Assembly: GCA_903873975.1 (NCBI GenBank) | Contig: CAIQQN010000294.1 | Coordinates: forward strand, 1 to 61,049 | DNA: 61,049 nt | From: an uncultured Anaerolineales bacterium | GTDB taxonomy: Bacteria > Chloroflexota > Anaerolineae > Anaerolineales > Villigracilaceae | Direction of reading: 5' to 3' | Part shown: piece after piece, positions 47,885 to 56,350 of the stretch | Numbering within the stretch: position 1 is the stretch's first letter | How the letters are laid out: each line of letters opens with the position of its first letter | The notes under the pieces: generated by a model | The model's database searches: none | What the model saw: the letters and a program-made list of their open reading frames with translations, nothing else | What the model was told of the DNA's origin: nothing | Made by a program: the position numbers and the translations under genes

Positions 47885-50800
47885 ATGACAGATTCCTCAC
47901 CTTCCGCCAAATTAACGATAAGAACCGGCCCTGGCGCGGGTCAAGTAATTATTCTTACAGATAAGGAACTGGTCATTGGGCGAGGGGCATCAGCCGGTCT
48001 CATCATCAGACAACTAGAGGTATCCCAACGGCATGCACATATTATTCTTCAAGGGAATAATTTCTGCCTGGAAGACCTGGGCAGCAGTAATGGGACTTTC
48101 ATCAATGGGAAACGAATCCAGGGGCTTCAAACACTTACCAATGGTGATGAGATTTCTCTGGGGCCTAATGTAATTCTGATGTTTAGCCAACAACGGATTC
48201 CTGCCCAATCCTTTGAAGATATTCTGGCATCTGGCACTTCTACATCCCAAGGCCCCAAGATCGCCAAGACCATGCTGGATATCGATTCTGATCTGGCAAG
48301 CACTCGCCCTTCCAAACCCGCCATTCCGCCAAGTCTACTTGTTACAGTTGCAGGGCAGGAATCACAAAAATTTTCTCTAACGAAGAACAAGATTACATTG
48401 GGCCGCGCAGAGGACAATGACATTATCGTGCCGTCCATGATCGTGTCCCGTCATCATGCCATTCTTGAATTGACAACCAGTGGATATGAAATCGAAGTTC
48501 TGCCTGGCGCAACCAACACGCTTACCTGTCAGGGTCGTCCGGTAACTGAACGGAAACTACTTGCGCATGACGATGTGATCCGCATCGATAGTGAAATTGC
48601 AGGCATGATGGTAAGCATGACGTACCAGTCACCCTTGCAGGCGGCCGCGAGACTCCCGTACGTTGTTCAGTTTGGTGAAAAGGAGAAGCTTACCTTCGGA
48701 CGCGACCCTCTTAACGATGTTGTATTGGATATGCCCAATGTCTCACGCTTCCATACCCAGGTGACGCGTGTGGGAAGGCGATATTATGTCACCGACCTTC
48801 ACAGTGTGAATGGCACTTTTGTCAATGACAAGCGCGTGACAGGCGATGTATGGCTCAACCCACAAGATACTATCCGCATCAGTACTTTCAGGTTGGTGAT
48901 GGGCGAGGATCAATTCACCCGTTACGATGAGACGGAGGGGCTGCGGGTGGAAGCCTACCAACTAAATAAATGGGTGCGCAAGAATCTGAACCTACTCCAG
49001 GATATCTCGTTGGTTTATCAGCCGCGTGAGTTCATTGTTGTGGTGGGACAAAGCGGTGGAGGAAAATCCACGCTGCTCGATGCCATCGCCGGCTACCGTC
49101 CAGCCACGCACGGAAATGTGCTTGTCAACGATATTGATATATATCGCAATTTCGATACCATCCGAAACGAAATTGGCTACGTTCCTCAAAGAGACATTAT
49201 CCATATGGAACTAACGGTATACCAGGCACTGGATTTCGCAGCCCAGTTGCGCATGCCCAAAGACACCAGCAAGGAAGAGCGCCACAAGCGTATCATGGAA
49301 GTGTTGGATGATCTTGACCTGACACACCGCAAGGATGTGAAAGTCAGCGGCCTGAGCGGAGGGCAGCAGAAACGTGTTTCGATTGGTGTGGAATTGCTCA
49401 CCCGCCCGGGTTTGTTCTTCCTGGATGAACCTACTTCGGGTCTTGATCCCGGTACCGAGACGGCTTTCATGCACCTGATGCGCCGTCTAGCCGACCAGGG
49501 TCGCACCATTATCATGGTCACTCATGCTACTAAAAATGTTATCCTGGCGGACAAGGTGGTTTTCCTGGCGCGCGGCGGTTATCTGACCTGGTTCGGACCT
49601 CCGGATGAGGCTCTGGCGTATTTCGACCAGTACCGTAGCGAGCAAGAACGGCGAATACGTCCGATGGAATTTGATCAAATCTATGCCATCCTTGATGATC
49701 CCAAGCAGGGAAAGGCTAAAGATTGGGCAGAACGCTTCAAGGCCAGCCCAGCATATTCCAAATACATCATCGAAACATTGAAGGGGCATGAAAAAACACT
49801 TAAAACAGCGCCAGCCCAGCCGGTTAAGAAAAAGGCGCGGGTGGGTTCACGCATTTCATCGCTGCAACAGTTTATTGTGCTTTCCAAACGGAATCTCACT
49901 ATTTTGACGCGCGACCGAACGAGTCTGGTCTTAATGTTAGCCGCTGCGCCTGCGATGGGGGCTTTATCTCTGTTCCTTGCACCTGCGATGGGAAAGACGC
50001 CATTCGCCTTCGTGGGAGGGAATGCTGCAAGTGGCGGAACTTCCCTGTTCCTGCTGACCATTTTTTCTTTGCTGATTAGTGGCATGTCTCAAATGCGCGA
50101 ATTTGTAAAGGAAGCAGATATTTACAAGCGCGAACGGTTGGTCAATATACGCATAATCCCTTATGTTGCATCGAAAGTTTGGGTGGCGTTGTTGCTGGCA
50201 TTCTGGCACGCACTGGCCTATACCGTCCTGAACTATCTTTCTTTCAAGATGCCGGGTGGATTATTGGAGTTTGTCGAATTTTATGTAACCGTCTTGCTGG
50301 CTGTGATGACCGGTATGATGCTTGGCCTTTTTGCTTCTGCCATCGCGCCTAACGCTGCATCAGCTCCGCTACTTATCATTATGTTGATGGTGCCGTTAAT
50401 CGTGTTGAGCGGCGCGCTGGCTCCAATACCGCCTGCCATCAGCCAAATCGCATCCACTCGTTGGGCTTACCAAGGATTGCTGGGAATTGTGGGGATGGGC
50501 TCAGACATAGCTGCTGACCCATGTTGGCATCTTGATAAAGACCTGCAGGATGCCATGGATCTGGATGACAAGGCCTACCAGCAATGCCGCTGTATGGGCG
50601 TACAGATGCTAACCGAAGGTAACTGTAATTTTCCGGGGACAGGGGATTTTATGGTGGCTGCGATTGTTGAACAAGCCCCCACCGAGCCCCCACCCTTGGC
50701 AGAACCTCCCGCGGAACCGGTTATTCCTCCGGCTCCCAGCTTACCTGAGGATAAATATGACCAGGTGAAAATGGTGGAGTACCTGAATGCTTTGAGTGAC

Positions 50801-51124
50801 TACCAGAACAATGTGAAAGCCATTCAGGAAAATTACCGAAACGAGATGGAGCTCTACCAGGTTATGGGAGATGTCTACCAGGCCGAGATGACCAAGTACC
50901 TTGAAGAACTGGCGACCTATAATATTTCCCGAGTTTCAGCGGTCAAAGGCGCCGAAGGAGTCATCGAACTTTTTAATGAAAAATATGGCTGGGCCTGGGT
51001 CAATAAAGATGATCCGAAAATTTTCTTTCCCTGGTTATTTAAGACCTGGTTTGCCCAGATCGAGATTGTGATGGTGTATCTTGTCATCATCCTGATTATG
51101 ATCAAAAGGAAGGATGTTAAATGA
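47885..51124 (+). CDS. Three FHA domains + ABC ATPase + ABC-2 membrane domain (ABCG/Rv1747-like) with a ~185-aa extracytoplasmic insert
   Basis: FHA signatures GR..SxxH..NG at aa ~32-70, ~173-212 (NG missing) and ~272-310. Walker A is GQSGGGKST, the signature is LSGGQQKR and Walker B is LFFLDEPTSGLD. The ABC-2 helices span aa ~680-870. The Cys/Pro/coiled-coil insert spans aa ~872-1055, and a final TM helix follows. AGGAG precedes the ATG. Confidence 0.9.
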   Translation: MTDSSPSAKLTIRTGPGAGQVIILTDKELVIGRGASAGLIIRQLEVSQRHAHIILQGNNFCLEDLGSSNGTFINGKRIQGLQTLTNGDEISLGPNVILMFSQQRIPAQSFEDILASGTSTSQGPKIAKTMLDIDSDLASTRPSKPAIPPSLLVTVAGQESQKFSLTKNKITLGRAEDNDIIVPSMIVSRHHAILELTTSGYEIEVLPGATNTLTCQGRPVTERKLLAHDDVIRIDSEIAGMMVSMTYQSPLQAAARLPYVVQFGEKEKLTFGRDPLNDVVLDMPNVSRFHTQVTRVGRRYYVTDLHSVNGTFVNDKRVTGDVWLNPQDTIRISTFRLVMGEDQFTRYDETEGLRVEAYQLNKWVRKNLNLLQDISLVYQPREFIVVVGQSGGGKSTLLDAIAGYRPATHGNVLVNDIDIYRNFDTIRNEIGYVPQRDIIHMELTVYQALDFAAQLRMPKDTSKEERHKRIMEVLDDLDLTHRKDVKVSGLSGGQQKRVSIGVELLTRPGLFFLDEPTSGLDPGTETAFMHLMRRLADQGRTIIMVTHATKNVILADKVVFLARGGYLTWFGPPDEALAYFDQYRSEQERRIRPMEFDQIYAILDDPKQGKAKDWAERFKASPAYSKYIIETLKGHEKTLKTAPAQPVKKKARVGSRISSLQQFIVLSKRNLTILTRDRTSLVLMLAAAPAMGALSLFLAPAMGKTPFAFVGGNAASGGTSLFLLTIFSLLISGMSQMREFVKEADIYKRERLVNIRIIPYVASKVWVALLLAFWHALAYTVLNYLSFKMPGGLLEFVEFYVTVLLAVMTGMMLGLFASAIAPNAASAPLLIIMLMVPLIVLSGALAPIPPAISQIASTRWAYQGLLGIVGMGSDIAADPCWHLDKDLQDAMDLDDKAYQQCRCMGVQMLTEGNCNFPGTGDFMVAAIVEQAPTEPPPLAEPPAEPVIPPAPSLPEDKYDQVKMVEYLNALSDYQNNVKAIQENYRNEMELYQVMGDVYQAEMTKYLEELATYNISRVSAVKGAEGVIELFNEKYGWAWVNKDDPKIFFPWLFKTWFAQIEIVMVYLVIILIMIKRKDVK

Positions 51125-52146
51125 CCCGCAAACCAAAACCCTTTCTTCCAATGATTATTCTGACAATTACCCTGCTGCCCATTATGGCTTGTGTTGTTGG
51201 CACGAAAGTACTGGATCCCATGTTGCTGACACTTACACCGATGAGTGCATCAGTCAAAGGGACCGCCACTGCCCGGGCTGGGAATGCCGGCTCAAGCGAT
51301 GAACTGGCGACCGCTATTGCAAAGGCCACCGAGCAGGCCGGGTTCATCTATGGAACCCAAACTGCTGTTGGAGCGCTCAATGAACCGTCCCGGCTGGCAA
51401 CTGCAACCGCCATTGCTCCAGTGGTGGCAGAATTACCCCGCTATGGGATCGACCCGGCGGAGGGTTATGTAGCCTGGCTGCACGATCCAGCGACGATTGA
51501 ATTGCAGGGTCCCAATCAGACCGGATATGCCAGCGAATATCCACAAACAACGGCCATAGATTTTGTGATGGCAGCTGATATCACCTGGAATACCAAGAAC
51601 AGCATCTTCGGCTGCGGGTTCATGTTCCGCTCGGATGGCAATACCAACAAGCCAAATCAATACACCGTTATCATTACGCGCGTTGCCAGCGGCTATATAG
51701 CGTTCATGGCCATGGCAGATGGAAAGATCGCCAACTTCCAGACCTACTTCCCAAAAAACGAAGATCGATCCTTCAGTTGGTTCAACGATGCGACCAACCG
51801 GCTGGTGGTAGTGGCGCGCGGCAACCTGCTAGACCTGTACACGAACGGAGTTCTGATCGGCAAAGTGGACACCACAACACCACCCCCAAACTCGATCCCC
51901 AATCCGCCCACCTTTACGCTTCCTGACAATGCGAACGCACAGATGGTACAGGATTTCCAAGATCAAAGTTCCATTTTCGACGACAGTATCAACCAAATCA
52001 ACTCACAACTGGCGGAGGCCAGACACAACTACGGCAACCAGCCGGCCATTTTCACCGATGGCTTCCTGGGATTTATCGGCGTCAGCCAATCAGGGACAAT
52101 GTCATGTAAATTTGAAAACGCCTGGTTGTTTATCCTTGAGAAATAG
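51121..52146 (+). CDS. Lipoprotein with a DUF1080/concanavalin-like domain
   Basis: The start overlaps the transporter stop (ATGA). The signal is LTITLLPIMAC. DUF1080-like blocks: DFVMAADITWNTKNSIFGCGFMFRSDG, LLDLYTNGVLIGKV and GFLGFIGVSQSGTMSCKFENAWLFILE. Confidence 0.65.
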   Translation: MTRKPKPFLPMIILTITLLPIMACVVGTKVLDPMLLTLTPMSASVKGTATARAGNAGSSDELATAIAKATEQAGFIYGTQTAVGALNEPSRLATATAIAPVVAELPRYGIDPAEGYVAWLHDPATIELQGPNQTGYASEYPQTTAIDFVMAADITWNTKNSIFGCGFMFRSDGNTNKPNQYTVIITRVASGYIAFMAMADGKIANFQTYFPKNEDRSFSWFNDATNRLVVVARGNLLDLYTNGVLIGKVDTTTPPPNSIPNPPTFTLPDNANAQMVQDFQDQSSIFDDSINQINSQLAEARHNYGNQPAIFTDGFLGFIGVSQSGTMSCKFENAWLFILEK

Positions 52147-52209
52147 ATACTGGATTGAAAGAACCAGATTCTGAGGGTCTGTCATTCCCAACGTGCCTAT
52201 ATTTTAGAG

Positions 52210-52242
52210 ATATCTCCGAGGTCTTTGAGACCTCGGAGATAT
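52210..52242. terminator. Bidirectional terminator between convergent operons
   Basis: 14-bp perfect stem atatctccgaggtc / gacctcggagatat with a 5-nt loop. Confidence 0.75.
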
Positions 52243-52249
52243 AGATTTC

Positions 52250-54079
52250 CTACTTGATTACCGGTACTGCGTTCGGTACCGCCACCCCATAAGCCTGTTC
52301 CTTCTCGACCTTGAACTGCTGAGTGTACAGGCGGTAGTAGTGGCCGTGCAAACTGAGCAGTTCGGCGTGCGTACCCATCTCAGCGATGCGACCCTCTTCA
52401 ATTACCACAATACGGTCCGCCCGGCGGATGGTGCTCAGGCGATGGGCAATGATGAAGGAGGTACGTCCTGCCATCAAAGCCTCCATGCCGCGCTGGATGA
52501 GGGCCTCGGTCAGCGTGTCCACGCTGGAGGTGGCCTCGTCCATGATGAAGATCTCGGGTCTTGACAGCACCGCCCTTGCCAGGCTGATGAGTTGTTTCTG
52601 TCCAACCGAGAGCAGATTGCCGCCCTCACCAACTTCCTGTTCATAACCTTTCTCGAAGGTGGTGATGAAATCGTGCGCCCCAGCGATCTTTGCTGCGGCT
52701 TCGACATCGTCGTTCGAGGCATCCAGCCGGCCGTAGCGGATGTTCTCACAGATCGAACCGGAGAACAAGTGCGGGGTCTGAAGCACGATGCCCACCCGGC
52801 TGTGGATGGACTGCAGAGTATAGTTGGTGTAGTCGCGACCATTGATGGAGATGAATCCTTCTTTTGGCTCGTAGAAGCGGCACAGCAGATTGACGATGGT
52901 CGTCTTCCCACCACCAGTCGGCCCGACCAGGGCGATGGTTTCGCCTGGCTTAACTTTCAATGAGAAATCGGTCAGGATCGGCTTACGGTCCTCGTAGTAA
53001 AAATGGACATGGTCAAACTCAATTGCTCCCTGGATTGTCTCAGCCACGATTGCTTCGGGGCGGTTCTGGACCTCAGGGACAGTATCGAGTAATTTGAAGA
53101 TACGCTCAGCTGAAGCAATGGAGTTCTGCATGTCGGCATAAACGCGCGCCAAGTCCTGTATTGGCCAAATTATGAAGGTCAGGTACGAGACAAAAGCGTG
53201 GATATCGCCTACCGAGAACTTGGCGGTAACACTCTGCATCCCGCCATACCAGACGATGGCGCCCAGTGCAAATGCTGCCACAACCTGCACGGTCGGCAGG
53301 AAGAGCGCCGAGAGCCAGGCGGCACGGTAGGAGGCTTTGAACATGTCGTCGGTCAGGACTGAGAACTCTTCCAGGTTTTCGTCCTCGCGGCCAAGCGCCT
53401 TGACCACCCGCACGCCTTGAATGTTCTGGTTATACTCGCCGGTGATCTTCGAGTTGGCACGCCGCGACTTGCGGAACTCAACCAGGATCTTCTTGCGGAA
53501 GTTGATGGCGATGATAAGCAGAATGGGAATGATCGCAAAAACGATCAACGCCAGTTTCCAGTTGATGTACAGCATGAAGATCACCGACATTGTCACACTG
53601 ACGATGGCCCAGGTCACATCAAGCATACCCCAGGTCATCAAGCTGGAAATGCGGCCCGAATCCGAGGTTACGCGCGCCATCAGGCGTCCCACCGCGTTCT
53701 GGCTGTAGTACGAGAGGGACAGATCCTGCAGGTGGTTAAAGATGGACCGGCGAATGTCATACTGGATGCGTTCGCCCATGATGCCGACCAGGAAAATAAA
53801 GATGAAAACCGAGACGGCCTGCACCAATTGCAACCCACCATAGTATGAGGCATACCTCAAAAGGGTGGGAATGCTCTTCTGGGCGATGCCCTGGTCGATC
53901 ATATCCTTGTTGATGTATGTAAAGATGGCATCCAGGCTGGCGGTAAAGACGATGGCGATCAGGAATCCAGCCATCCAGCGCCAGTGAGGTTTCACCAGTC
54001 CCATTATGCGTTTGAGGGTGGGAGTGGTCAACAGGCTGGTATGTTCTTCTTCTTCGAGTTCAATCAATTCGTCAGGCAT
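52250..54079 (-). CDS. Heterodimeric ABC exporter, consensus-site subunit (pair 2)
   Basis: GPTGGGKTTIVN, a degenerate signature LSVGQKQLISLARAV, and Walker B IFIMDEATS. Confidence 0.9.
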   Translation of the reverse strand: MPDELIELEEEEHTSLLTTPTLKRIMGLVKPHWRWMAGFLIAIVFTASLDAIFTYINKDMIDQGIAQKSIPTLLRYASYYGGLQLVQAVSVFIFIFLVGIMGERIQYDIRRSIFNHLQDLSLSYYSQNAVGRLMARVTSDSGRISSLMTWGMLDVTWAIVSVTMSVIFMLYINWKLALIVFAIIPILLIIAINFRKKILVEFRKSRRANSKITGEYNQNIQGVRVVKALGREDENLEEFSVLTDDMFKASYRAAWLSALFLPTVQVVAAFALGAIVWYGGMQSVTAKFSVGDIHAFVSYLTFIIWPIQDLARVYADMQNSIASAERIFKLLDTVPEVQNRPEAIVAETIQGAIEFDHVHFYYEDRKPILTDFSLKVKPGETIALVGPTGGGKTTIVNLLCRFYEPKEGFISINGRDYTNYTLQSIHSRVGIVLQTPHLFSGSICENIRYGRLDASNDDVEAAAKIAGAHDFITTFEKGYEQEVGEGGNLLSVGQKQLISLARAVLSRPEIFIMDEATSSVDTLTEALIQRGMEALMAGRTSFIIAHRLSTIRRADRIVVIEEGRIAEMGTHAELLSLHGHYYRLYTQQFKVEKEQAYGVAVPNAVPVIK

Positions 54080-54124
54080 AGTTCAATTCTCCGCCAGGGG
54101 TACATTGTTGCTACCCCCTGTACA

Positions 54125-55954
54125 TTAAACAGAGGCAATCTCTTCTTCCAACTCCTCGTCAATTCGAGTCTGGATATCGTAAATCTTTCTATACATCCCG
54201 TCCTGCGAAACCAGTTCCGCGTGATTGCCCATCTGGACGATTTCGCCTTTGTCCATTACCAGGATCAAATCGGCGTTCATCACAGACTGGATACGGTGGG
54301 CAATGATGAACGTGGTCCGGTTTTTCATCAACCCGTTCAACGCCGAGCGGATCTCTGCTTCTGTTTCGGTGTCCACGCTGGATGTGGAATCGTCCAAAAT
54401 CAGGATGCGTGGGTTCTTCAGAAGAGTACGGGCTACAGCCACGCGTTGCTTCTGCCCGCCGGAGAGCGTCACGCCCTTCTCGCCGACAAGCGTGTTATAC
54501 CCGTCCGGGAAGGACAGGATCACGTCATGAACGGCGGCAGCTTGAGCAGCTTTCTCGATCTCTTTCTGCGGCACATCGCGACCCACGCCGTAATTGATGT
54601 TCTCGCGGATTGAACGGCTGAACAGGAATGGTTCCTGCTCAACGATGCCAATTTGCTGGCGCAGAGTTTCGCGTGAATAATCCTTCAATTCCGCTCCATC
54701 AAGAAGGATATGCCCGCCGGTATATTCATGAAAACGAGGCAGCAAATTGACGAGGGTGGTCTTACCCGAACCGGTCGAACCGAGCAGGGCAACGGATTGT
54801 CCTGGCTGGACAGCGAACGAGATACCCTTCAGGATATCAGTATTCCCATCGCTGTACTGGAACGAGACGTTCTCGAAGACAAGTTCGCCCCGTACCGGGC
54901 CTCGCACCTGCACCTTGCCATCGGTCAGAGGTTCACGTTCTTGTTTGACGATTTCCATCAGGCGGTCGTAGGAAACCAGACCAGTGGAGGTGTTAACAAT
55001 GATACGTCCCAGGTTGCGCATCGGCCAAATGAGCCAGACCACCAAGCCGACATATGCCGGGTATGTACCGATGGTGATCTCGCCATGGATCGCCAGGAGA
55101 CCGGCGTATATAAATCCAGCCAACATTTGAAAACCGCACAATAGGTCCGAGAGCGGCCAGAAGAGGGACTGCATTCGCATGAGTTTGCGACCGCGCAAGA
55201 ACTTCTCCCAGTTATCCTTTTCAAACTTGTCCATTTCGTAGCCTTGGCGGGCAAAGGCCTTGACCACGCGCACGCCGGTCAGATTCTCCTGGAGGGTTGT
55301 GGAGAGTTTCGCTTCCTGTTCCTGATATTTCTCGTAAGTCTTGGTCACCTTCTTAAAGAACCACATCGAAACAAGAACGATGACCGGGACAACCGCTATG
55401 GAGGCCAGTGCCAATTTCCAGGAAAGAATCCAAATGGCGATGAAATTGATTATAAATAACAGGACAATACGTCCTGCTCCAATAGCCTGGTCGTTGAAGA
55501 AGGCGCGTACCGAGTCCACGTCTGAGGTAACGCGCTCGATCAAGTCGCCGGTAGGGGTCTTGCTGTGGTAGGCGAACGACAGTCGCTGGATATGGTCAAA
55601 CAAAAAGTTGCGCACGCGGCGGGTGATATTTTCAGCTGAGTAAGAAGCCAGCCGGCTGGAGATGTAGGCGAACCCACCCTCAAATAAAGCCAAACCGATG
55701 AAGCCCAACGCAATCAGGATTAGGGTCCGTGAAAGAGTACCGGCGAACGGTGCAACATTGCCGACCACCGTGTCTGCAAAATTCCGCAACAGGAGATAGG
55801 TCAATGTTTTCGCCAGCGCCGATACAGCCAACGTCAGGTTGGCGGCCAGGTAGGGCAGCCGGTAGCCGGTCATCATGCGCAGCATACCGGCCAATTTCTT
55901 TTTGCTCAGGGCTTTGCGGAAATCAAAATAGGTTGAGGGTGCGATGGTTGCCAT
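54125..55954 (-). CDS. Heterodimeric ABC exporter, degenerate-site subunit (pair 2)
   Basis: GSTGSGKTTLVN, LSGGQKQRVAVARTL, and Walker B ILILDDSTS. Start uncertain: ATG 55954, or the internal Met at 55885. Confidence 0.9.
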   Translation of the reverse strand: MATIAPSTYFDFRKALSKKKLAGMLRMMTGYRLPYLAANLTLAVSALAKTLTYLLLRNFADTVVGNVAPFAGTLSRTLILIALGFIGLALFEGGFAYISSRLASYSAENITRRVRNFLFDHIQRLSFAYHSKTPTGDLIERVTSDVDSVRAFFNDQAIGAGRIVLLFIINFIAIWILSWKLALASIAVVPVIVLVSMWFFKKVTKTYEKYQEQEAKLSTTLQENLTGVRVVKAFARQGYEMDKFEKDNWEKFLRGRKLMRMQSLFWPLSDLLCGFQMLAGFIYAGLLAIHGEITIGTYPAYVGLVVWLIWPMRNLGRIIVNTSTGLVSYDRLMEIVKQEREPLTDGKVQVRGPVRGELVFENVSFQYSDGNTDILKGISFAVQPGQSVALLGSTGSGKTTLVNLLPRFHEYTGGHILLDGAELKDYSRETLRQQIGIVEQEPFLFSRSIRENINYGVGRDVPQKEIEKAAQAAAVHDVILSFPDGYNTLVGEKGVTLSGGQKQRVAVARTLLKNPRILILDDSTSSVDTETEAEIRSALNGLMKNRTTFIIAHRIQSVMNADLILVMDKGEIVQMGNHAELVSQDGMYRKIYDIQTRIDEELEEEIASV

Positions 55955-55969
55955 AGTTTAGTTCTTTCC

Positions 55970-55992
55970 TCCCTTTCCTTATTGGAAAGGGA
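55970..55992 (-). promoter_or_regulatory. Hairpin overlapping the Shine-Dalgarno region of the pair-2 ABC operon
   Basis: On the - strand: tccctttcc-aataa-ggaaaggga, followed by ggaaagaactaaactATG. The 3' arm contains part of the GGGAGG. Confidence 0.4.
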
Positions 55993-56012
55993 TAGGAAGT
56001 GAGATTCTGAAT

Positions 56013-56046
56013 AAAAAAAAGCCACGGTGCTGGAGCGCACCGTGGC
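56013..56046 (-). terminator. Strong intrinsic terminator between the sORF and the pair-2 ABC operon
   Basis: On the - strand: 10-bp perfect stem gccacggtgc / gcaccgtggc, a 6-nt loop, then T8. Confidence 0.75.
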
Positions 56047-56069
56047 AAAAGACCAGGGAGAGTTGATTT

Positions 56070-56159
56070 TCAGTCAACAGGCGCACTCCAAGAAGGTAGA
56101 ATCATACCCTTTACATCAGAAATAAGGTCACAAAGGGTATTGAATGGGGTGTTGCTCAT
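56070..56159 (-). CDS. 29-codon small ORF (candidate leader peptide): MSNTPFNTLCDLISDVKGMILPSWSAPVD
   Basis: Found by hand translation, since it is below the ORF-track cutoff. AAGGAAAGGAG ends 9 nt before the ATG (56159), and the TGA is at 56072-56070. The terminator begins 23 nt after the stop. Confidence 0.45.
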   Translation of the reverse strand: MSNTPFNTLCDLISDVKGMILPSWSAPVD

Positions 56160-56200
56160 GAAGTACGACTCCTTTCCTTAGAATTATATTAACGAGGAAG

Positions 56201-56230
56201 AGTTTATCATTGGAGTGGGGGGTTTGTCAA
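56201..56230 (-). promoter_or_regulatory. Putative promoter TTGACA-N18-TAAACT for the sORF / ABC leader
   Basis: On the - strand, a perfect TTGACA at 56230-56225 and TAAACT at 56206-56201. A TATAAT also lies at 56188-56183. Confidence 0.45.
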
Positions 56231-56350
56231 GAAGATTTTGCAAGCAATTGGGTTAGATCGTTCGGTCACAAATTCAAACCATAAAATCGACCGATATCAG
56301 GAATTGATCTTTAGGATTCAGGTTTCAACCGGTAATAGTCAATTCTTACA

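Noticed and set aside
46562-52249. A mobile or genomic island between the two convergent ABC exporter pairs.
   Set aside because: There is no integrase or transposase, no flanking direct repeats or tRNA, and no obvious compositional break visible by eye. Only the concentration of broken genes hints at accessory status.
55955-56350. A guanidine (ykkC) or other efflux-associated riboswitch upstream of ABC exporter pair 2.
   Set aside because: No ykkC-like conserved blocks are present. The region is better explained by the promoter, sORF and terminator arrangement.
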